DNA of 64,000 bases. It comes from Chrysomallon squamiferum. Lineage: Eukaryota; Animalia; Mollusca. The notes below the pieces were generated by a model. The model worked only from the letters and a program-made list of their open reading frames with translations. It made no database searches and was not told the DNA's origin. Shown here piece by piece: positions 44,561 through 57,440 of the stretch (position 1 is the stretch's first letter; each line of letters begins with the position of its first letter). Both the position numbers and the translations under genes were made by a program. The stretch lies in assembly GCA_012295275.1 (NCBI GenBank), contig CM022674.1:558001-622000 (forward strand). Direction: 5' to 3'.

Positions 44561-44988
44561 ACTACAACAAATACGTTATTCACAACTTCAGTATACAGTA
44601 AACGTGATATTCTTAAATGCACCATTTGAACAAAACACTTCACAGATTTGCTTGTTTACGGATGTTTTGTTTTGTTTTCAAAAGTGCACTTCACCCCGAT
44701 GGCGTATGTAATAAACAAGAGTATAAACAAAGTATGTGGTGTTGTTAGTGAATGGAGTACATTGATTGGTTGAATGTCGGTGACCTATATATACTTCATC
44801 ACAGGAACACAATATATGCATGCACATGCATACAGAAGAAGAACGATATATATTCACTAAAATACAAATGCATGTTTGTATAAATATATAGTACAGTCGG
44901 GATGCTAATACACACATACACACGGACATACACACACATACGCACGAGCATCGGACACGTGCAAACACATGTACACACATCCAGCCTT

Positions 44989-45414
44989 GAATTTCGTAAT
45001 ACGTATTAGCGTGCATAACTGCATGTACAGCTACCGCTTACTGCCAAGTCCGTCAAATGTAACAAACCCATGCAGCGTGTTTTCACAGTTATCTGTTTCC
45101 TATCTGCAGAGTTGTTGTTTTTGTTGTGACAAACCGTCCCTGGTCCGATTGCTCAAAACCAACTTCTTGTCTGCCTTTCGTCTGGACATGTGACTTGTTG
45201 TCGTCTGCTCCATTTCCTGGTCTTCTGCTGCTACTTCTAATCTGGCGTGAACGAAATCAGTTTCAGACGTCGAAAGTTTGCTTACTTTGCCGTAACAGAG
45301 CAGCAGCTGCACAAATTCCGTTTTCGTGAAATCTGTTATCTGCCACGCGTGTGTTCGCTGTCAGAAACTTCACACACAAACTCTCACTGCAAACGAGGGA
45401 TGAAATTCGATAGG
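44989..45414 (-). pseudogene. Decayed vanin-family fragment in the A1-B1 spacer
   Basis: The minus strand gives PIEFHPSFAVR / VKFLTANTRVADNRFHENGICA / TSETDFVHARLE / LHGFVTFDGLGSKR*LYMQLCTLIR. These are collinear with vanin AIEFHSSFAVS / VNFLAANIHMPEKRFHGSGIYT / ISETDVVH / LYAFGAFDGLH..FYFQTCTLIR. Frameshifts plus an in-frame TAG at 45033-45031. Confidence 0.85.
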
Positions 45415-45581
45415 ATTAGCTTTTGGGAACCGTTAGAGTTTAACTAATAACCCAGATAAACTTTATAAACGTTTTATTGTTATAATAATAACAACAACAA
45501 CAACAATAACGGTAACAACAATATGTAACGATGATATAGTTTAACTAATAGCCCAGATAAACTTTATAAACGTTTTATTGT

Positions 45582-45628
<47 letters not shown>

Positions 45629-45902
45629 CAACAACAACAACAACAACGGTAACAACAACAATGAACGATGATAACGTTTAAAATAGCCCAGGATAAACTT
45701 TATAAACGTTTTATTGTTTAATTATAATAATAATAATTTAATAATAATAATAAACAACAACAACCAAAATGAACATGTAACGATGAAATTACAAGGATGA
45801 GGATTAAATTATGTTATTGTTTGTTATTAATTGTTTCAGCAATTAATAATTTCACCTTTGACCAAACTATCAATGAATAATACAATAAGGGTAATACGAA
45901 CA

Positions 45903-45941
<39 letters not shown>

Positions 45942-46093
45942 TTTTGTAAATTTATCTAAGACAGCTGATAGTTCAAAACGTATTCTTCTCACTGATAAGA
46001 TAACAAACAGTGTATTTATATACAGTGTGTGGGACTTTCCATCATTTACGCAAGAAAGTGTAAGGTATAACTTTGTTTTTCTATACGAGCATA

Positions 46094-46143
<50 letters not shown>

Positions 46144-46598
46144 CATGGATGTATGTTTATGTGTTGTGTATACGTAGATAGGTAAATAGGTACGTAGTTA
46201 TGTGTGTATGGATGCAAGTAAGCCTGTGCGCAGGTCTGTCTGTATTTCAGTATGTGTGCACGTACGTATACGTTGCTTTGTGCTTTTATATATCTATATC
46301 TACGTATGTATATTAATTTTGTATATTTTTTATCGAATCACATTATACACTATACTATTTTTTTTTTCTTACTTGGCTTTGTTGGATAAATAAATATATA
46401 AAAATAAAACAAAACAAAACGATATGAATAAAATAAAACGTACAAAAAAAATAAAATTAATATAAATAAATAAATACGTACAAAAAAAAAATAAATAAAT
46501 ATTTGTTGTTCTTGTTGTTTGTTTTTTTTCTCTTTCCAGTAATGAGAATACTAAAAAGAAATTAAAATTAAATAGTAAAGGAAGTAAAAAGGTTCAAC

Positions 46599-46824
46599 AT
46601 GAACAGTTTAAACATAGCTTTCGTCATCTTATACATGACCTCAATGGTACGTGACCTTTCTTGGTATCAGAGGTCAAAGTTCAAGGCTGCTGTGTATGAG
46701 CATGAGGTCATATTACCGGGGTTCAGAAGAAAACCAGTTTCTCGCCAGGAGGCGCTGTCCTTGATATACAAAAATCTGGACATTTACAAGCAGCAAGCCA
46801 AACTGGCCAGCGAGAAGTAAATTT

Positions 46825-46855
<31 letters not shown>

Positions 46856-48392
46856 TTTGAATTTGAATTGTCGTTGTTGTTGTTGTTACTTTTACTTATA
46901 TCTATACTTGTCTTTTGTTTGACTTTATTTAACATTATACTATTCCGATGATACATTGTATACTATTTCAGTTTTGTCTTTTCCTTTTTTCTTTTTGTAA
47001 TTTTATATTATTTTTTTCTTCTTTCTTTCTTTCTTTCTTTTTTTCTTTTTTTTTTTTTTTTTTTTTTTTTTGCAGAACGTAGATATCCTGGTTTTTCCAG
47101 AAGATGGTATTTACAGTACGATGTTCAGTGGAAGAAGAAAGATAGCTCCGTACTTAGAATACATCCCTGATCCCAGGAAAGAAAAATGGAATCCTTGCAC
47201 GGAATCAGGGAAGTACGACAATACAGAGGTACAGCACACACTGAGCTGTATCGCTAGAAACAGCTCCCTCTATCTGGTAGCCAACATGGGAGATAAGCAG
47301 CCGTGTTGCAGTGAAACTGACCCAGACTGCCCTTCAGATGGACAATACCAATATAACACAGATGTTGTGTATGATCCTAACGGTACGCTGGTAGCCAGAT
47401 ACCACAAAGAAAACCTTTTCTTTGAACGCCAGTTCAATACGCCAAAGCGCGTTGAGTATATCTTCTTTGACACGCCATTTGGTAAATTTGGAGTTTTCAC
47501 TTGCTTCGATATTCTTTTTCAAAAACCGCCAATCCCATTGGTTGAGAAATATGACGTAGGAAACATTGTCTTCCCTACAGCTTGGATTGACTCGCTTCCT
47601 CTAATGGCTTCCATCGAGTTTCATTCCTCGTTTGCAGTGAGCATGGGAGTGAATCTTCTGGCAGCAAACTTACACATGCCAGCTGCACATTTTCTGGGAA
47701 GCGGAATTTACACACCTGACGTTGGGTTTACGTTCTACTACAACGACTCTGTAAAAAGTGGCGGCAGACTTTTGATTTCGGAAATCGACGTCGTCCACAA
47801 AGTTCCAACAAGACTGGAAACATCAGCAGACAGGAAACGCCAGAAGCAGACGACAAAAGATGACGTGTTCCAGGCCAGAGTGTTCCACGATTTGTTCAAC
47901 TTGGTGGAGGTGACTGGAACGAGCGGGTCCCTGTCGGTTTGTCACAACAAACTTTGCTGCAGTTTGAAATACGAAAAAGACAACTTGGAAACGTCTACGT
48001 ACGCGTTTGGGGCCTTTGACGGTCTTCACCGATTCCTCGGCAGTTTTTATTTTCAGACGTGCACGTTAATACGATGCGGCAACTCGTCGCGAGAAAGCTG
48101 CGGACTCTCGGTCTTGGAGTCAGATACTAAATTTCAGTCTTTGCGTATTGAAGGGAATTTCAGCACCCCTTACGTTTTCCCCACCGTTCTCCTCTCAGAC
48201 CAGGGGCAGCTGAAACTGGCGCCAAAACAGTGGGAGTTCAATAGACGGGTTCTGGAATCTACACAAGCATTTCAGCATCCGTTGATTTCTGCCAATTTGA
48301 TTGGTCGCGTGTACAACAAGGATCATTACAAACATAATTTGATTGGTCGGAATTACGGAACAGATAATGACAGAGTTCTCAACAGAATATGA
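46599..48392 (+). CDS. Vanin/biotinidase-family amidohydrolase, copy B1 (secreted type, no hydrophobic tail); first coding donor damaged as assembled
   Basis: Exon 46599-46817 (MNSLNIAFVILYMTSMVRDLS..LASEK) and exon 47076-48392 after poly-T TGCAG. Triad intact. The junction reads GAGAAGTAAATTTTT versus GAGAAG|GTAATTTTT in B2, so the phase-0 GT is missing (pseudogene or consensus error). AATAAA at 48477. Confidence 0.8.
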
Positions 48393-48886
48393 CGATTGTG
48401 TTAGCTCAGTATTTAATGGCGGCTGGTTTAGTGTTTCATCTTGTTTAATTTAACAAGGGGTTAATGGTTATATACAAATAAATGTTCATTCCCTGAATTT
48501 TGCTTGGCTTTTATTCCTACAGTTATTAATAGCTGTATTGATTCTCTGTTGATCATGGTTTATATTCGTTAATCAAAATAAATTAATACAGAATACGAAG
48601 TAATATTTAAGGGTATTTAAATGTAATTTTTATTTTATAGTGTTGTTTATAATAATTGAATACTCCTCATAAAAAGAATAATTTAAAAAAAAATGATATA
48701 AAACAAATGAAAACTATAGCTTCATATTATCATAGAGAGACAGAAACATAAACAGAGTGAGATAATCAGAGAGAGAGAGACAGACAGCTTGAAAGAAAGA
48801 AAGACTGAGAGAGAGAGAGAGAGAGAGAGACAGCTTGAAGAAAGAAAGAAAGACTGAGAGAGAGAGACAGCTTGAAAGAAAGAAAG

Positions 48887-48994
<108 letters not shown>

Positions 48995-49121
48995 GAATGT
49001 TCACTGTGGATAAAACACTCTACGAAACAGTGAAAAATTGTAAAAAAGATAAATTTCTGTGTTTTCTTCCTCCATTACGAACGGTTTTTGATTTAAAGTA
49101 ATTGTATAATTTCATATCTTT

Positions 49122-49180
<59 letters not shown>

Positions 49181-49631
49181 CCTTATCATCATCAGTAGCA
49201 CCATTATTGTTCTTGTTGCTGGTGTTGTGGATGAGGTTGTTATTATTATCGTTGTTATTGTTTCAATATCTAAAGCCATTTCTTTTTAAATTAATTATAA
49301 TTATTAATGTATGCCGCTGCAATACAATTTATTTATTTCCAATCCATTTTTAATAATTTATATTATAGAATAATAATAACAAACTACCTTACTGTAATAA
49401 AATTATTATAATTTATTCCTTTCGAAGAAATTTATGTTTTTCAAATAACATCATAATAATTTACTGTAATCGTATTGTAACAACATTATGATGATTTCTG
49501 TATTAACAGTAATCATAACAGTTTAAAAACGATGTTAATACATTATAACTGGTGTTTCTTTTATAATCGAGGTATATATATATATATATAAATTTATTAT
49601 TATTATTTATTTTACAATAACTGAACCTGTC

Positions 49632-49695
<64 letters not shown>

Positions 49696-50189
49696 TGTTT
49701 ATTTATTTATTTCTATTTTTATCTTGATCACAATATTTAGAGCTTATCAAATAATCAAATAATCAGATAGGAAATTTACACACTTACATGTAAATTGTCA
49801 GTTACGTTAGTCGTAATAATAACAACCAAAACATTTTTGGTTATTTCCATCCAGCTTTTATTTATCGTAATATATAACCAATATGATTATCTCGATATTT
49901 CACACATCTGTTTTAAGAATGAATATTTGTCAGAAATATTCATTTTAGCGGTAAATTCACTTCACGTAATAAATTCGCTTCCATAAACATAATCCTATCA
50001 TAGACTAAGGTTACGTGAATACAGAAACAAAGTTTAAAATTAATAAATAGATAATAACAATAAATAAATAAATAAATTAAAAAATGTATATAGTAAATAA
50101 ACAAACAAACAAACAAATAATAAAATAATAAAAACAGTTTTATTTAGTAATTAGTAGTTGTGAATACTGGAAACAAAGTTTAAAATAAA

Positions 50190-50241
<52 letters not shown>

Positions 50242-50409
50242 TATAAATAAATATATAAACAAATAAACAAACAAACAAACAAACGGTATAAAAGTATCGA
50301 CGTAAAACAGTCAGTTTTATTTAAGCGCTAATTACTAAGGTTACGTGAATACAGAAACAATGTTTAAAATAAATAAATAAATAAATAAATAAATAAAAAT
50401 AAATAAATA

Positions 50410-50456
<47 letters not shown>

Positions 50457-50555
50457 TATAAATAAATATATAAATAAATAAACAAACAAAAAAACAAACG
50501 GTATAAAAGTATCGACGTAAAAACAGTCAGTTCTGAAGACAGTTTTATTTAAACG

Positions 50556-52279
50556 CTAATTATATCCGAAAAAAAAAAACGCACTTGTTAAAACAAACAC
50601 GAGTAAACCCCAACCCGACAGAAATCGTCCACGGGAATCAGAACCTGTGTTATAATCCCTGTCATATGCACGACCGATCAAATTGGCAGAAATCAACGGA
50701 TGCTGAAATGCTTGTGTAGATTCCAGAACCCGTCTTTTGAACTCCCACTGTTTTGGCGCCAGTTTCAGCTGCCCCTGGTCTGAGAGGAGAACGGTGGGGA
50801 AAACGTAAGGGGTGCTGAAATTCCCTTCAATACGCAGAGACTGAAATTTCGCATCTGCTTCAAAAGTCTTAGACCCACAACTGGACCTGGAGGAATTTGC
50901 ACATCGCAGCAACGTGCACGTTTGAAAATAGAATAGACCGTTGTAGGTGTGGAGCCCGTCGAACGCCCCAAACGCGTACAGCGAAGCAGCCGAGTCGTCT
51001 TTACTGTATTCCAGGCTGCAGCAAAGTTTGTTGTGACAAACCGCCCGAGAGCCGCTCGTTCCAGTCACCTCCACCAAGTTAAACAAATCGTGGAACACTC
51101 TGGACTGGAACTCGTGGTGGGATATCGTCTGCTTCCGACGTTTGTCGTCTGTTTCCGACAGTTCCCGTCGGGCCGGAGGCTTGCGGACGACGTCAGTTTC
51201 GGAAATCAAAAGTCTGCCGCCACTTTTTACAGAGTTGTTGTAGTAGAACGTAAAGCCAACGTCAGGTGTGTAAATTCCGCTGCCTTGGAATCGTTTCTCT
51301 GGCATGTGTATGTTCGCTGCCAGAAAATTCACTCCCATGCTCACTGCAAACGAGGAATGAAACTCGATGGCAGCCAGCAAAGGAAGTGCGTCCATCCAAG
51401 CTGTAGGGAAGACAATGTTTCCTACGTCATATTTCTCAACCAATGGGATTGGCGGTTTTTGAAAAAGAATATCGAAGCAAGTGAAAACTCCAAATTTACC
51501 AAATGGCGTGTCAAAGATGGAATAGTCAACAGTTTTAGGTTTGTTAAACTGAAATTCGAAATACAGGTTTTCTTTGTGGTATCTGGCTACCAAGCGTACC
51601 GTTAGGATCATACACAACATCTGTGTTATATTGGTATTGTCCATCTGAAGGGCAGTCTGGGTCAGTTTCACTGGAACACGGCTGCTTATCTCCCATGTTG
51701 GCTACCAGATAGAGGGAGCTGTTTCTAGCGAGACAACTCAGTGTGTGCTGTACCTCTGTATTGTCGTACTTTCCTGATTCCGTGCAAGGATTCCATTTTT
51801 CTTTCTTGGGATCAGGGATGAATTCTAAATATGGAGCCACGTGTTTTCTTTTCCTAAACCTCATTCCGTAAATCCCATCTTCTGGAAAAACCAGGATATC
51901 CACGTTCTGTAAAAGAATAAAAAAAGAACTGTTATCTCTTGAAAGGAAAAAACATCTTCATCTACATATATACATATATATATCAAATAAATAGATAAAT
52001 ACAGTATAATTAATCAATTAACTTAGTTCAGTAAATAAATGTACAGATAACACAAATTAGAATTACCTTCTTGCTGGCCAGTTTCGCTTGTTGCTCGTAA
52101 ATGTCTAGATTATTGTGCATCAAAGACAGCGCCTCCTGGCGAGAAACTGTCTTATTACTGAACTCCGGTAAAATGACCTCATGTTCATACACAGCAGCTT
52201 TGAAGTTTGACCTCTGATACCCCGAAAGGTCACGTATTGTTAGAGTGATGTATATGAGAATGAAAATTGTACTTTTCAT
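50556..52279 (-). CDS. Vanin/biotinidase-family amidohydrolase, copy A2 (GPI-type tail); +1 frameshift as assembled
   Basis: Exon 52279-52067 and exon 51906-50556, same splice sites as A1. An extra A at 51592/51593 (CTACCAAGCG vs A1 CTACCAGCG) splits exon 2 into track ORFs 51544..51903 and 50556..51671. Otherwise full length with triad. Confidence 0.8.
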
Positions 52280-52518
52280 TTTGTTTTTCTTTTTATATTC
52301 TGAAACAAACAAATTATTAAATATAAATTATATACATTCCGGATTCTATATTTTAGATTATTTCCTAGCATTCCATTCTTTCTTTCTTTCCTGTTTCTTT
52401 TTTTTTTTTTTTTTTTTTTTTTTTCTGTAACACTTTTTTTCTTTATTTTCGTAATTTATTTCTTTCTTTTCTTTCTTTCTTTCTTTCTTTCTTTATTATC
52501 GTTATCGTCATCATCATC

Positions 52519-52569
<51 letters not shown>

Positions 52570-52749
52570 TATTAATTAATTTATTTATTTATTTATTTAT
52601 TTTATTACTTTTTTTTTTTAAATTTATCAATTACTAATGTCTTACATGCGTATTTTTTATTCTATATTGAATTCCTTTATTATATTACTGCAAAAATAAA
52701 TTTATTTATTATTTTTTAAATCTGAGGAAGATAAAGCCAGGGAAATACA

Positions 52750-52797
<48 letters not shown>

Positions 52798-52957
52798 AAC
52801 GAACAAGAACATAAAAACAAGAACAAATGATGAAGATGATGATGGTGATGAAAAACAACAACAACAAGATGACGATGACGATGAAGAAGAGAAAGAAAGA
52901 CTTAAAAGACTCACAAACGTGTTAACAAAGCGAAAAAAGACGTAAAACATTTCTTAC

Positions 52958-53117
52958 TTTCGTTTCTTTCTCAGACTAGTTTCAGTGATCGCTTCGTTCA
53001 CACCAAAGATTCCAAGATGGCGTTCACGTTCTAGAAAAGTCAACCTGACTTCCACAGATTCGTTTTGAAAACCAGTCCGATAGTCAGAGATCGAAAACAA
53101 CGTAATGTATCCGTCAA
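52958..53117. promoter_or_regulatory. Candidate promoter / 5'UTR exon of A2, possibly shared with B2
   Basis: Duplicate of 44401-44560: donor at 52957 (minus), acceptor at 52300, CAAGATGGCG at 53013-53022. Confidence 0.5.
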
Positions 53118-53545
53118 ACTACAACAAATACGTTATTCACAACTTCAGTATACAGTAAACGTGATATTCTTAAATGCACCATTTCAACAAAACACTTCAC
53201 AGATTTGCTTGTTTACGGATGTTTTGTTTTGTTTTCAAAAGTGCACTTCACCCCGATGGCGTATGTAATAAACAAGAGTATAAACAAAGTATGTGGTGTT
53301 GTTAGTGAATGGAGCACATTGATTGGTTCAATGTCGGTGACCTATATATACTTCATCACAGGAACACAATATATGCATGCACATGCATACAGAAGAAGAA
53401 CGATATATATTCACTAAAATACAAATGCATGTTTGTATAAATATATAGTACAGTCGGGATACTAATACACACATACACACGGACGTACACACACATACGC
53501 ACGAGCATCGGACACGTGCAAACACATGTACACACATCCAGCCTT

Positions 53546-53972
53546 GAATTTCGTAATACGTATTAGCGTGCATAACTGCATGTACAACTACCGCTTACTG
53601 CCAAGTCCGTCAAATGTAACAAACCCATGCAGCGTGTTTTCACAGTTATCTGTTTCCTATCTGCAGAGTTGTTGTTTTTTGTTGTGACAAACCGTCCCTG
53701 GTCCGATTGCTCAAAACCAACTTCTTGTCTGCCTTTCGCCTGGACACGTGACTTGTTGTCGTCTGCTCCATTTCCTGGTCTTCTGCTGCTACTTCTAATC
53801 TGGCGTGAACGAAATCAGTTTCCGACGTCGAAAGTTTGCTTACTTTGCCGTAACAGAGCAGCAGCTGCACAAATTCCGTTTTCGTGAAATCTGTTATCTG
53901 CCACGCGTGTGTTCGCTGTCAGAAACTTCACACACAAACTCTCACTGCAAACGAGGGATGAAATTCGATAGG
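53546..53972 (-). pseudogene. Decayed vanin-family fragment in the A2-B2 spacer (duplicate of 44989-45414)
   Basis: Near-identical to the first relic, including the stop codon (53590-53588). Confidence 0.85.
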
Positions 53973-54165
53973 ATTAGCTTTTGGGAACCGTTAGAGTTTA
54001 ACTAATAACCCAGATAAACTTTATAAACGTTTTATTGTTATAATAATAATAATAACAACAACAACAAAACAACAACAACAACAACAACAACAACGGTAAC
54101 AACAATATGTAACGATGATATAGTTTAACTAATAGCCCAGATAAACTTTATAAACGTTTTATTGT

Positions 54166-54224
<59 letters not shown>

Positions 54225-54390
54225 CAACAACAACAACAATGAACATGTAACGATGAAATTACAAGGATAAGGATTAAATTATGTTATTGTTTGTTATTAC
54301 TATTGTTTCAGCAATTAATAATTTCACCTTTGACCAAACTATCAGAGTGAACACAATGACACTAGGGTCAAAGCTCTGTACGAACAAAGC

Positions 54391-54421
<31 letters not shown>

Positions 54422-54573
54422 TTTTGTAAATTTATCTAAGCCAGCTGATAGTTCAAAACGTATTCTTCTCACTGATAAGATAACAAACAGTGTATTTATA
54501 TACAGTGTGTGGGACTTTCCATCATTTACGCAAGAAAGTGTAAGGTATAACTTTGTTTTTCTATACGAGCATA

Positions 54574-54623
<50 letters not shown>

Positions 54624-55102
54624 CATGGATGTATATGTTTATGTGTTGTGTATACGTAGATAGGTAAATAGGTACGTAGTTATGTGTGTATGGATGCAAG
54701 TAAGCCTGTGCGCAGGTCTGTCTGTATTTCAGTATGTGTGCACGTACGTATACGTTGCTTTGTGCTTTTATATATCTATATCTACGTATGTATATTAATT
54801 TTTTATCTTTTTTATCGAATCACATTATACACTATACTATTTATTTTTTCTTACTTGGCTTTGTTGGATAAATAAATATATAAAAATAAAACAAAACAAA
54901 ACGATATGAATAAAATAAAACGTATAAAAAAAATAAAATAAATATAAATAAATAAATACGTACAATTTTTTTTTTTAAAATACAGCATAATAATAGTCGT
55001 CGTATTTTTTGTTCTTGTTGTTTTGTTTTTTTTCTCTTTCCAGCAAGGAGAATACTAAAAAGAAATTAAAATTAAATAGTAAAGGAAGTAAAAAGGTTCA
55101 AC

Positions 55103-55328
55103 ATGAACAGTTTAAACATAGCTTTCGTCATCTTATACATGACCTCAATGGTACGTGACCTTTCTGGGTATCAGAGGTCAAAGTTCAAGGCTGCTGTGTA
55201 TGAGCATGAGGTCATATTACCGGGGTTCAGAAGAAAACCAGTTTCTCGCCAGGAGGCGCTGTCCTTGATGTACAAAAATCTGGACATTTACAAGCAGCAA
55301 GCCAAACTGGCCAGCGAGAAGGTAATTT

Positions 55329-55375
<47 letters not shown>

Positions 55376-56906
55376 TTTGAATTTGAATTGTCGTTGTTGT
55401 TGTTGTTACTTTTACTTATATCTATACTTGTCTTTTGTTTGAGTTTATTTAACATTATACTATTCCGATGATACATTGTATATTATTTCCGTTTGTCTTT
55501 TCCTTTTTTCTTTTTGTAATTTTATATTATTTTTTCTTCTTCTTTCTTTCTTTATTTCTTTCTTTCTTTTTTTTTTTTTTTTTTTGCAGAACGTTGATAT
55601 CCTGGTTTTTCCAGAAGATGGTATTTACAGTACGATGTTCAGTGGAAGAAGAAAGATAGCTCCGTACTTAGAATACATCCCTGATCCCAGGAAAGAAAAA
55701 TGGAATCCTTGCACGGAATCAGGGAAGTACGACAATACAGAGGTACAGCACACACTGAGCTGTATCGCTAGAAACAGCTCCCTCTATCTGGTAGCCAACA
55801 TGGGAGATAAGAAGCCGTGTTCCCGTGAAACTGACCCAGACTGCCCTTCAGACGGACAATACCAATATAACACAGATGTTGTGTATGATCCTAACGGTGC
55901 GCTGGTAGCCAGATACCACAAAGAAAACCTTTTCTTTGAACGCCAGTTCAATACGCCAAAGCGCGCTGAGTATATCTTCTTTGACACGCCATTTGGTAAA
56001 TTTGGAGTTTTCACTTGCTTCGATATTCTTTTTCAAAAACCGGCAATCCCATTGGTTGAGAAATATGACGTAGGAAACATTGTCTTCCCTACAGCTTGGA
56101 TTGACTCGCTTCCTCTAATGGCTGCCATCGAGTTTCATTCCTCGTTTGCAGTCAGCATGGGAGTGAATCTTCTGGCAGCAAACTTACACATGCCAGCTGC
56201 ACATTTTCTGGGAAGCGGAATTTACACACCTGACGTTGGGTTTACGTTCTACTACAACGACTCTGTAAAAAGTGGCGGCAGACTTTTGATTTCGGAAATC
56301 GACGTCGTCCACAAAGTTCCAACAAGACTGGAAACATCAGCAGACGGGAAACGCCAGAAGCAGACGACAAAAGATGACGTGTTCCAGGCCAGAGTGTTCC
56401 ACGATTTGTTTAACTTGGTGGAGGTGACTGGAACGAGCGGGTCCCTGTCGGTTTGTCACAACAAACTTTGCTGCAGTTTGAAATACGAAAAAGACAACTT
56501 GGAAACGTCTACGTACGCGTTTGGGGCCTTTGACGGTCTTCACCGATTCCTCGGCAGTTTTTATTTTCAGACGTGCACGTTAATACGATGCGGCAACTCG
56601 TCGCGAGAAAGCTGCGGACTCTCGGTCTTGGAGTCAGATACTAAATTTCAGTCTCTGCGTATTGAAGGGAATTTCAGCACCCCTTACGTTTTCCCCACCG
56701 TTCTCCTCTCAGAGCAGGGGCAGCTGAAACTGGCGCCAAAACAGTGGGAGTTCAATAGACGGGTTCTGGAATCTACACAAGCATTTCAGCATCCGTTGAT
56801 TTCTGCCAATTTGATTGGTCGCGTGTACAACAAGGATCATTACAAACATAATTTGATTGGTCGGAATTACGGAACAGATAATGACAGAGTTCTCAACAGA
56901 ATATGA
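55103..56906 (+). CDS. Vanin/biotinidase-family amidohydrolase, copy B2; 511 aa, signal peptide, no GPI tail (predicted secreted); intact
   Basis: Exon 55103-55321, donor AAG|GTAATT, acceptor poly-T GCAG ending 55589, exon 55590-56906. FPEDG/YHKENL/FTCFD triad. Ends NLIGRVYNKDHYKHNLIGRNYGTDNDRVLNRI. AATAAA at 56990. Confidence 0.93.
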
Positions 56907-57231
56907 CGATTGTGTTAGCTCAGTATTTAATGGCGGCTGGTTTAGTGTTCACCTTGTTTAATTTAACAAGGGGTTAATGGTAATATTCAAATAAATGTTC
57001 ATTCCCTGAATTTTGCTTGGCTTTTATTCCTACAGTTATTAATAGCTGTATTGATTCTCTGTTGAACATGGTTTATATTCGTTAATCAAAATAAATTAAT
57101 ACAGAATACGAAGATAATATGTAAGTGTATTTAAATGTAATGTTTATTTTAGAGTGTTGTTTGTTACATGCGAATTTTCATCATAAATAGAATAATCTAG
57201 AAAAAGGATATAAAACAAAATTAAATTTTAA

Positions 57232-57440
57232 AAAAAGGATGGTTACAAATATCCCATACACGACATCATTACATACAGGACAGACAGATTAGGTCAAAGA
57301 TTTTTTCCTTCTGTTACAAAAAACAATAAATTCTAGAAATGAATGCTTCTTAAAAAGCTGTATAGGTAACTGGTACAAGTCATAATAAACAAAATACAGA
57401 GCTTTGAGAAACATCTATTCCTGTCTCTCTTATCGCAATG
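57232..57440 (+). repeat. ~200-bp dispersed repeat, second copy at ~63425-63612
   Basis: Shared GTTACAAATATC..GACATCAT..CAGGACAG..CTGTTACAAAAA..ATTCTAGAAATGAATGCTT..TATAGGTAACTGG(T/C)ACAAGTCATAATAAA. Confidence 0.8.

Noticed and set aside
49460-49495. Common symmetry centre for the A1/B2 and B1/A2 pairs as evidence of a giant palindrome
   Set aside because: This follows geometrically from tandemly duplicating an inverted pair. Only the coding tracts are inverted-similar, not the spacers.
55476-55589. Hydrophobic N-terminal extension of the 476-aa track ORF
   Set aside because: It is the intron's polypyrimidine tract. The real N-terminus is exon 55103-55321.
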